Below are positions 55,954 to 64,000 of a stretch of DNA of 64,000 nucleotides, piece after piece (the first letter of the stretch is position 1; every line of letters starts with the position of its first letter). Origin of the DNA: a virus; the IMG/VR virus record IMGVR_UViG_3300020193_000009, positions 1-64,000 of that record, one strand, 5' to 3'. Under the pieces are notes generated by a model that did no database searches, was not told the origin of the DNA, and saw only the letters and a list, made by a program, of their open reading frames with translations. The position numbers and the translations under genes are program-made.

Positions 55954-57030
55954 TTAGACCTCTTCCAAACTCATAGAGCAGTCAAAGAAATAAATATCAT
56001 CAACCAAATCCCGTCGAATTAGAGTTTCACTGTAATCTTTCACCAATACATTATAACTTGTTTCTGTGTACGGCACATTACTATTTTCGTCCATATTTAC
56101 TATTTTTAATACATGATGCTGAGGTTTACCAGCTATTTCTTTTAGATAGTCCCTGCCTCGTTTCCCATCAACTGTATGAGAATGAGAATTTGGCACATAT
56201 GACCATGACAAATTAAAGGTTCTTCTTGCAGGTCTAGCGGACGATTTATAATATCTAGATTTTCTATTATTCCAGTTAATATTTTCTACAAAAATAGGAT
56301 CAACAGAAACTCCTAGTTTTCTATTATGATTTGTTATTGGCTTGTCATCGATTAACAAAACTGTTCTTATATCAGATAAATCGCTTGCAGATATTACATT
56401 TCCAACAATAAATTTAATCGCTTTGGTAGTAACATTGCCCATATTATTGATAATAATTTTTATTGTTGTCAATACAATTTTACCAACAATTGTTAGATTA
56501 ACAGAACCACTTAATGCAGAAGATATAGATTTAACACTTACTGCTACCGCAAAAACTTCTGAGGATGGCGCTATGACAGACGCGGCAAATGAATCTTTTT
56601 TAATTACTGTAACCATATTGCTTTCAATGTTAATTAAAATTTGAGCTTTCAAAATTTCTTGCGCAATTGCTACAGTAGACGTAATACTTGCAGAAATTGA
56701 TACCGAGGCAAACAAAATTTCTTTGGCAATTACTGTAGCACTAGATTCAATAGAAAGAACAGCTGATGCAAGTTTAATTTTTGTTCCAAGAGTTAACGTT
56801 GCACCATCTATTATAATTATAGATTGTGCAAGCTTAACTTTAGTAGCAGATATAATTAAATTACTTTCAACAGAAATATTAGAATAAATAAGACCCGCAC
56901 CAAAAGTCAAAGTTGCTATCGCAGATGAACTAATTGATATTTGTATTTGTGCTTCTTTAGCCTCATCTGGATTAAAAAAATCTAAACCTGATTTTAACGG
57001 TTCAGAAAATGAGTAAAAACTTGTTGTCAT
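55954..57030 (-). CDS. Minor tail protein: ~20-aa repeats plus a C-terminal domain paralogous to 57032-57427
   Basis: IT.HNRK..WSY.P....TVD...GRD.L..YSE.LIRRD shared. Confidence 0.72.
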   Translation of the reverse strand: MTTSFYSFSEPLKSGLDFFNPDEAKEAQIQISISSSAIATLTFGAGLIYSNISVESNLIISATKVKLAQSIIIIDGATLTLGTKIKLASAVLSIESSATVIAKEILFASVSISASITSTVAIAQEILKAQILINIESNMVTVIKKDSFAASVIAPSSEVFAVAVSVKSISSALSGSVNLTIVGKIVLTTIKIIINNMGNVTTKAIKFIVGNVISASDLSDIRTVLLIDDKPITNHNRKLGVSVDPIFVENINWNNRKSRYYKSSARPARRTFNLSWSYVPNSHSHTVDGKRGRDYLKEIAGKPQHHVLKIVNMDENSNVPYTETSYNVLVKDYSETLIRRDLVDDIYFFDCSMSLEEV

Positions 57031-57031
57031 T

Positions 57032-57427
57032 TTATCTCTCCGTTAAAGTTAAAGAAACATCGTAATAAGAGCACTGGGAGGTATAATCTCGTCTTATTAG
57101 ATCTTCGCTATATGAATCTATATAGCAATCTAATGTTTGATACTGACCTGGCGATAATTCAATAATAATTGTCGCAGCAGCTGAGCCATTAGCTAACGAA
57201 TAAAGAAAATCTCTGCCTACCCGATTGTCCACAGTTTTTGATTGTAAACTTGGTAAATATGACCATTTTAAAGAAAATTGTTTTTTATTCCTTGAATAAT
57301 ATCTACGTTTATGACCCGATGCTAAATCAATATCATCAGCAGCAATCTGTTCACTAATAGATATTTTTCTGTTATGTTCTGTTATTTCTGTTGAGTTAAT
57401 TGATAAAAGTTTATGTATTGACATCAC
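57032..57427 (-). CDS. Putative distal tail (Dit-like) protein
   Basis: Directly follows the tape measure gene; 131 aa. Confidence 0.65.
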   Translation of the reverse strand: MMSIHKLLSINSTEITEHNRKISISEQIAADDIDLASGHKRRYYSRNKKQFSLKWSYLPSLQSKTVDNRVGRDFLYSLANGSAAATIIIELSPGQYQTLDCYIDSYSEDLIRRDYTSQCSYYDVSLTLTER

Positions 57428-60400
57428 ACGCCTCTATTTAAACCTGTATATGTTTTAATTACCCTATTTTCTAAACCAGCTGTTTTTTGATTTCTTGGCA
57501 AAACTTTTGTATTATATTCTTTCATCATTGAATTAAACCACTCTGGTTCACCAACAAATGTATCAACATAGATATTTACATTCTGCGTTGATGAACTCGT
57601 TCCACCAGCAGACTGCATTGCTGGCGCTGGAACCCTCATTGATGGAATTTGCGGGACAGAGAACTTTGCTTTATTAAGCTGAGTCAGGGCAGGTATGCCA
57701 ATCTTCCTTACAGCCTCTGCATTTAGAACAAATTCACCACCATGCAGAGTTGCAGGAATTGGCATAGATGGAGCGCCGGGTACATAACCACCTTCTTTTC
57801 TGTTCACGCTTGGCAATGGGATTGGTCCCAATTGATTCTTTGTACGATAAAATCTATCATAGTAATCCTTCGCTCTCCTTATCAAAATTCTTTCAATCCT
57901 TGTATTTATCGCAAGATTTTCTACAGGGACAGTGCCTATTTGCATAAAAGGATCTCTTCCAACTATTCTTGCAAAGGCATTGAAACTTGCCTTACCTTCA
58001 CCAAAGTAGTATAGTAAATTCTCAAAACCGTATAGGTCATCCGTCATGCCGTATGGTTGTCCTTTAGTAATATTTTTCAGACTAGAATATGAGCCAAGAA
58101 GGAAGTCATCAAAATGCCTTGCCATTCTTATATAATATTCCTGAAACTGCGCAAATTCACCAATGATTTTCCAAAGAGTTTGTGTTTGCACAACACTACT
58201 CAACCCGTGACCACCAATATCTGGATCAAATTTTTGCCTTTCTAAGATCGTTCGCCAACTATTCTCTAAAGCCTCGTCAAAGCTCTGACCAGGAATAAAA
58301 TCACGCATATCAAGACCTTGCAATCTTGCAAAAATCTCATTTAGTGCATACCGCTGTTCATTAGTATAGTTCTGAATTGGCAGATTCTTGTAATCAAGAA
58401 TTTCATACTTACCAGCAGGGAACCTGAGCCCCTCACCAGGTCTTGGAGTAAAATATGTGTCTACACCCATTATATTTTCAATTGCCCCGGGGTTAGCATC
58501 AATTAGATCTTTTAATTTAATGGCTATTAACCGACCTGTTTCCCGGGAAGCACTTCCTCTATTCATTATTGGTCGCACAAGGTGATTTAATGCAAAATGA
58601 ATTGTGTCTCTAATAATTTCATTATTATCACTATTCATAACCCTATAATGGTCACTTGTTGGACGTAAAATAGCATCACCAATTTCATTTATTTCAAATG
58701 GATATGATGTTTCATGAACAGCCATCAACTTATCAAGAGTCAACTCTCTCATCCCACGATCCAATTGAATACTCTTCATTATTTGTTCTTCGATAACTAC
58801 AGGCTTGTTTCTCGCAGCGACTTCTATGGCTGTTAGCCTCTTTCCTTCTAGCACTAAACGGGCATATTCAAGCTGAGCCTGAAGATTGTTTTTTACCTTG
58901 GCGGCATAAAGGAGCGCTGATACATATGTATCATTAACATCACCGCCAAAAGATTTATACCCAACGTGTGCTTCGAGCCATCCTCTTACCGTACTAACTG
59001 CATTTGGACCAATTTTTGATGTCCCAGTAATATCAAGGGGGTTTAAAGGAATATTTCGAACCTTTCTTAAATCCGGAAGAGCTTTTAATAAATCATCACT
59101 TAATCCAAATCCAACTGTTTCGCCTAAAATATTATGAATATACGCGCCTACTGATTCAGTAACTTCCGGGGACCCTTCGAGATGAGAAAATTCAAGTAAA
59201 CTTTCAGGCAAAATAGAGCGACCAGTCACTTTTTTAGTTTGTATGTTAAATTGTTTTTGAACTAAAGCAGGTAGATTTTTACCAGTAGTTCTTGTACCAG
59301 ATGGCAAAGCAAGTTGTCGAGGTATAAGATTTTTAACATCTGTTAATTTTGAAGATTCTTTTTGAAGGCTGGATACTATACCTTTTGCATCATTATTTAT
59401 TTTAATAGACCTATTTACTCTAAGCAAAGCTCTCTTTAACAAATCTTTTGTGAAAAACCCACCTCTTCTTCTAACTTGTTTTAGTATATTTACAAGTTCC
59501 ATATCGTCAATGTCAAGAGGAATTTCAGCCAATATTTTCTGGGTCCGTGTGCGCATACTAGTTGAGCCAGGGATATTGATATCTTCGAGGAGCCTGCCTC
59601 CTTTTGTTATATAGAAAGAACCTTTTGGACGGAGGATTGGAAGACTGGTTTCATCAATAGGAGAAAGATCGTAACCCAGTTTTCTAGCAATTTTTGCAGC
59701 ACGACCTTCTCCTTGAAATACATCGCCAGCAAACCCCCTGTCGTCTGCGTAGTACCTGGCAGAATTTACTATTTCTTCGACTTTACCTCTAACCCATGAA
59801 TAAGTATAATCTCCAAGATTATCTCCAGGACCAAACGATCTACCAGATAAAGATTCCGAAATAATATTATCTTTAATACCTTCTGGACCCACATGGATCC
59901 CAATTCTTCTTGAAGGTAACAGATTTAATGGATTTAGAGACCTTATTGCTTCGATTGCCTTAGTGATAGGTCCTGGTTGCAAGATTGCATCACGTGTTCT
60001 ATATGGCATTGATTCTTGTCTCAGGGCGGGTGGCATTGATTCATTAGCTATAAATGCTGCTTTATTTGCAGCTAATCTTGCATTTCTAATTGCAATATTA
60101 TCTGCTCTAATAAGATTATTAATTACGCCTTTAACACCAGCCTCTAAAGCATTGCCTTGTGGTGGATTTACAGAACCCTTAAGAGTGTTAACAACTTCTG
60201 GAATATAATTTTTTGCAACCTCAATTTTATCAACAACTGAACCTACCTTTTCTGCAATCACTCCAGCACGGATTTTTGCTGATTGACCAACAGTTAATCT
60301 TCCAGCTTTGGCAGCAGAGACCGCCTTTGCAGCTCTTGCAACATCATCAAACCTGCTAACCGCTGTCACTGGAGTACCGGATGCCGCTGTGCCGAGTATG

Positions 60401-63400
60401 TTGAGAGTGTGTAGACCTTTTTCAAAAGTACTTAATTCTTTACCGGAAGCCAATTGCATAGCGGATCTTGCTACCCCGACTACTGGAATGAATTGTGAAA
60501 CATTTAAAAGATCCTTCATCTTCCCCTTGCTTGCTATGTTTTCTTGAACTGGAGAAATGCCTAAACCTCGTGTAAGATTAGATGCTCCAGTTGCAGCGAC
60601 ATATGGATTCCTAGAAGCTGTAACTGCTCTGGACGCTGAACTTGATCTGTAAGAACCTGATGCATCATCAAAGTCGCCTTCTGCTGCACTAAATAACATT
60701 CCAAGGTTTGCAAAAGCAACAGATGCATTAACTAAACCGGTAGCAACAGACTTACCAATATTAGAAGCAGCACCTTTTACACCACCAACAACATTAGAAA
60801 TAGCATCACCAATACCACCAAATATTCCACCACCTTTACCGCCAGGGACTTTTCCGCCCTTAAAGTACCCACCGTGTCTCAAGTTATTTAATCTCTCAAG
60901 AGATCCAAGACCAATCTTTCTTACAGACTCTGCGTTTAATACATATTCACCACCATGCAGAGTTGCAGGAATTGGCATAGATGGAGCGCCGGGTACAAAT
61001 CCGCCTTTTTTATATTTAGGAATATATCCACCTTTATATTTTCCATACTTAAGTGAGTCCAAAATTCTTTGCAAATTTGGTGGTATTGGGTCTTCATCAT
61101 CAATTTCTTTTGGCAAAATTTGACCCTGTAATTGATATCTTATAAAATCAATATCTTGTTTTGTTAATTCTCCAGTATAATTAAGATAACTCATTATTGA
61201 ATTTGCACTTTTATTCAACATGGCATCATCTGTGGTAATATCAGGTGCTCCAAATATGGCATGCATTAATTCATGTTTAAGAACATGACCCTGATCATTA
61301 AGCCCTAATATTCCCTGGATACCAGATGGGAGGACCGCAAACCCTTCACTAGCTAATGATTTTTTATATTTTTCAGTTCTTGCTAATCCACTAAACATAC
61401 CTTCACCAGAGGTAATATTTATGTAACCTTTCATCAGATAATTAACTACTTCTTTAATTGGCTGTGGTATAAGATCAGTTGGAGCAAAAATTTTACTTGG
61501 TGTTATATAAATAGGAGTTGTAGATAAATACCTACCATATTTTTCATTTTCTTTAATATCGTTACCTACCGTATAATAACCGCCCTTGAAGGTAAGCATT
61601 TTCGGATCGTGAGTAATTTTAATAATGTAGCTAAGACCATTTTTGGTAATATACGCATTATCATCAAATTTCGTTGCATCTTTTACTGTAACTATTTTAT
61701 AATTAGCACCAGCTAAAGTTGCAATTTCCTTCATAGCGTTCTTATATTGATCATATCTTAACTGCCCTATTACACCATGTGTAATATCTTGAACAAATGT
61801 TATTGTATTATTAGATTTTCTTAATGCTGCAGCAAGAGCAGACTCTCCAATTTTTTGATCTCCTCCAACAAACGATGGGTATGAATTAATATCAAACGCC
61901 GGATCCATACCATAAGTCTCACCAAATATTCGATATATTTCTTTACCATATTGAAGGTAACTTCCCCTTCCTTTATCACCCGGGTTGTATCTAGCTCCTG
62001 TACGATATGCAAAAGGCAGAGGGTTTTCTACCCCACGAACTTGATACTTACTTGGCTGCCAATCCGGAATTTCGTCTTGGAATAAAACAGCAAAATCAAT
62101 TAATTGTTGTTTTGAAAGCGCAAATTTTATTCCTTTTTTCTTATAATACTCTTTAGCTTGTTTTACAACATGAGGATCATTGTAATAACGAGGATCATTG
62201 CTCTCGATATAATCTCTATAACGAACAGTTCCAGTAAATAAATCTTTTAATGTTCTTGGTGGAGCGCCAGCTTGAGATTTGTATTGATCTATATTAAATA
62301 ATTTCTTTACACCTTCAGTAGCCAAATATAGTGGTGATGTTTTAGAGTCATGCTGAATTATATCAAAAACCCTACCAAGCAGGGTTTTATCTTCATCATT
62401 ACCAAAGATTGCACCGCCAAGTGAACTAATACCACCAATGCCAAGCAATCCTTTTAATTTACCAAATTTACCACCGAATAACCCCGTCTGAACCCCAGAT
62501 CTCGCTTCTTGTAGATGACGAACAAGAGCCGCTACTGCCTTTGCTTTTTCTTCTGGGTTGTTTACAATTTTCTTTAGTAATTCTGGAGATACATTTAGTT
62601 CTCTTAATACATTTGCTCCAGTAAACCTTCTAGCTTCGCTAGCAAATAGATTTGTATCTCTTAATATTTTTGCACCCCTTTTAGCCTGAAGTATATAAAT
62701 TGATGCATTTTTTCCTTCAAATTGACCCTCTAAGAATCCAATCGCCCTATCTGCCAAATTTTTATCTGCCAGCCCTCTATATACTTTTGCGGCTTCTTCT
62801 ATTGGCATACCTCTTAATTTGTTTACTAATTTAACATTTGACAAACCTTTCATCCACGTATACACAGTTCCAAGGAGATGGTCTCCTGGTCCAGCCGGCT
62901 TAGCGTCCATCATTCCATGTTTTGTAAAATCATCAACACCTGGTCTGCCCACATGAATTCCAATTCTTCTGCTTGGAATCTTTGTAAGTGGATTTAAATT
63001 ATGCATAAGGTCTACAACTTTTGTAAATACACCCGGTGCTTTTGTAATGTTCTTTTGCATTCTAGCAATTACGCTATTGCCACCCGTAAACAAGGAACGA
63101 TATAATTCATCTTTCTCTAACAATTCGCTTAATACTGGATTTAACTTTTCGGTTGCGCCAAATTTAATATATGGATCAATTCCAACCTTTTTTGCAAACC
63201 TTTCAATATACATGCCCATTTGAGAATTTTTACCAACGCTAAGAGCTGAATAAGCTTTTTCTACGCCTTTAAATTGAAGCTCATTTCTTGCTCTTGCCAA
63301 CATTCCCAATGATCTACCAATCTTATTTATAAACCCGGGACCCTTTTGACCAACATTAGAACTCTCTGTCATTATCCCAGCATCAAAAGCCTCTCTAGTT

Positions 63401-64000
63401 AATTTAGGAGCAATCTTAATTTTCTCAGCAAACCCTAGTAAATTAGAAATAATTGGTCTATAAACACTTTGAGCAGTGTTGGTAGCCCTTTGCCCCTCAA
63501 ATGGAACCCCTGTTTTAGTTAAACCACCCCGGATTAATCTCTTTGTATCATCAATGACGCGCCTAATGATACCTGGCTGTTTTATATTTTCTATTACTTC
63601 ACCCTGAAGGTTGGTCACTAACTTAGAAACATCATCAGCAGATTTTGCAGTTAATGCAGAAGATGTAGAACGGAAAGGAGCAACGAGGCTAGAGCCAGCA
63701 GAAGCAAGCAACGACTTTAAATTTCCACCAGCCATAGTCTCTCTCGTTACTCCAGGCGGTGGTGTTGGTCCAAAGAAAAACGACTTAACTAGACCGCCCA
63801 CAGTTGCTTTTTTAGCAGATTCTTTTGCTGCCGCCTGCACCATTTTTTCAACTGCTAGTTCAGATGATGTTTTTGTAGACCCTTTAGCCATTGCACTCAG
63901 TGTTGCTTTCAAACCAACTTGACCGGCAGTAACAGCAGCTTTGCTTACGCCTCCAGTCAATATTGTTGCTGCAACATCAGCAGTATTTGTAGCAGATTCA
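57424..64000 (-). CDS. Tape measure protein (5' partial, >2190 aa) carrying toxin-like/enzymatic domains
   Basis: Frame open to the window edge; TMP C-terminal motif GG.VPG....IPATLHGGE.VLNAE twice; precedes tail-tip genes; HELMH zincin motif; duplicated GIHVG domains. Confidence 0.85.
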   Translation of the reverse strand, partial: ESATNTADVAATILTGGVSKAAVTAGQVGLKATLSAMAKGSTKTSSELAVEKMVQAAAKESAKKATVGGLVKSFFFGPTPPPGVTRETMAGGNLKSLLASAGSSLVAPFRSTSSALTAKSADDVSKLVTNLQGEVIENIKQPGIIRRVIDDTKRLIRGGLTKTGVPFEGQRATNTAQSVYRPIISNLLGFAEKIKIAPKLTREAFDAGIMTESSNVGQKGPGFINKIGRSLGMLARARNELQFKGVEKAYSALSVGKNSQMGMYIERFAKKVGIDPYIKFGATEKLNPVLSELLEKDELYRSLFTGGNSVIARMQKNITKAPGVFTKVVDLMHNLNPLTKIPSRRIGIHVGRPGVDDFTKHGMMDAKPAGPGDHLLGTVYTWMKGLSNVKLVNKLRGMPIEEAAKVYRGLADKNLADRAIGFLEGQFEGKNASIYILQAKRGAKILRDTNLFASEARRFTGANVLRELNVSPELLKKIVNNPEEKAKAVAALVRHLQEARSGVQTGLFGGKFGKLKGLLGIGGISSLGGAIFGNDEDKTLLGRVFDIIQHDSKTSPLYLATEGVKKLFNIDQYKSQAGAPPRTLKDLFTGTVRYRDYIESNDPRYYNDPHVVKQAKEYYKKKGIKFALSKQQLIDFAVLFQDEIPDWQPSKYQVRGVENPLPFAYRTGARYNPGDKGRGSYLQYGKEIYRIFGETYGMDPAFDINSYPSFVGGDQKIGESALAAALRKSNNTITFVQDITHGVIGQLRYDQYKNAMKEIATLAGANYKIVTVKDATKFDDNAYITKNGLSYIIKITHDPKMLTFKGGYYTVGNDIKENEKYGRYLSTTPIYITPSKIFAPTDLIPQPIKEVVNYLMKGYINITSGEGMFSGLARTEKYKKSLASEGFAVLPSGIQGILGLNDQGHVLKHELMHAIFGAPDITTDDAMLNKSANSIMSYLNYTGELTKQDIDFIRYQLQGQILPKEIDDEDPIPPNLQRILDSLKYGKYKGGYIPKYKKGGFVPGAPSMPIPATLHGGEYVLNAESVRKIGLGSLERLNNLRHGGYFKGGKVPGGKGGGIFGGIGDAISNVVGGVKGAASNIGKSVATGLVNASVAFANLGMLFSAAEGDFDDASGSYRSSSASRAVTASRNPYVAATGASNLTRGLGISPVQENIASKGKMKDLLNVSQFIPVVGVARSAMQLASGKELSTFEKGLHTLNILGTAASGTPVTAVSRFDDVARAAKAVSAAKAGRLTVGQSAKIRAGVIAEKVGSVVDKIEVAKNYIPEVVNTLKGSVNPPQGNALEAGVKGVINNLIRADNIAIRNARLAANKAAFIANESMPPALRQESMPYRTRDAILQPGPITKAIEAIRSLNPLNLLPSRRIGIHVGPEGIKDNIISESLSGRSFGPGDNLGDYTYSWVRGKVEEIVNSARYYADDRGFAGDVFQGEGRAAKIARKLGYDLSPIDETSLPILRPKGSFYITKGGRLLEDINIPGSTSMRTRTQKILAEIPLDIDDMELVNILKQVRRRGGFFTKDLLKRALLRVNRSIKINNDAKGIVSSLQKESSKLTDVKNLIPRQLALPSGTRTTGKNLPALVQKQFNIQTKKVTGRSILPESLLEFSHLEGSPEVTESVGAYIHNILGETVGFGLSDDLLKALPDLRKVRNIPLNPLDITGTSKIGPNAVSTVRGWLEAHVGYKSFGGDVNDTYVSALLYAAKVKNNLQAQLEYARLVLEGKRLTAIEVAARNKPVVIEEQIMKSIQLDRGMRELTLDKLMAVHETSYPFEINEIGDAILRPTSDHYRVMNSDNNEIIRDTIHFALNHLVRPIMNRGSASRETGRLIAIKLKDLIDANPGAIENIMGVDTYFTPRPGEGLRFPAGKYEILDYKNLPIQNYTNEQRYALNEIFARLQGLDMRDFIPGQSFDEALENSWRTILERQKFDPDIGGHGLSSVVQTQTLWKIIGEFAQFQEYYIRMARHFDDFLLGSYSSLKNITKGQPYGMTDDLYGFENLLYYFGEGKASFNAFARIVGRDPFMQIGTVPVENLAINTRIERILIRRAKDYYDRFYRTKNQLGPIPLPSVNRKEGGYVPGAPSMPIPATLHGGEFVLNAEAVRKIGIPALTQLNKAKFSVPQIPSMRVPAPAMQSAGGTSSSTQNVNIYVDTFVGEPEWFNSMMKEYNTKVLPRNQKTAGLENRVIKTYTGLNRGV

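Noticed and set aside
7846-63922. Short + strand ORFs throughout the AT-rich region
   Set aside because: They are antisense shadows of well-supported - strand genes.

Overview
This window is part of a large tailed-phage (siphovirus-like) genome, most likely infecting Actinobacteria (two WhiB genes, TAnnnT and leaderless promoters). It has two very different compartments. (1) 1-~6640 is GC-rich (roughly 55% by eye) and on the + strand. It is an array, open at the left edge, of at least 12 monocistronic cassettes of about 550 bp. Each cassette has a conserved ~96-bp element (bulged hairpin GGTGC-GNRTA-GCACC, a GGTTTAGTACGGTTT box and a TAnnnT -10 at fixed spacing), then a leader hairpin and RBS, a 93-117 aa ORF, and a GC-rich terminator. 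The last three cassettes carry paralogues and are also closed by an inverted copy of the same hairpin. (2) ~6650-64000 is AT-rich (roughly one third GC) and almost entirely on the - strand. In transcription order it holds the C-terminal part of a tape-measure protein with toxin-like domains, tail-tip and fibre genes, a replication/recombination block (DnaB-like helicase, primase, SSB, DnaE, RecA-like, Cas4-like, RuvC-like), glycosyl- and methyltransferases, terminase, about 55 small early genes and four tRNA or tRNA-like genes. An AT-rich junction with a perfect parS palindrome separates the two compartments. The best candidate for an undescribed system is the hairpin-bounded cassette array; the second is the polymorphic-toxin-like tape-measure protein. 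All counts and homologies were made by eye and need computational confirmation.
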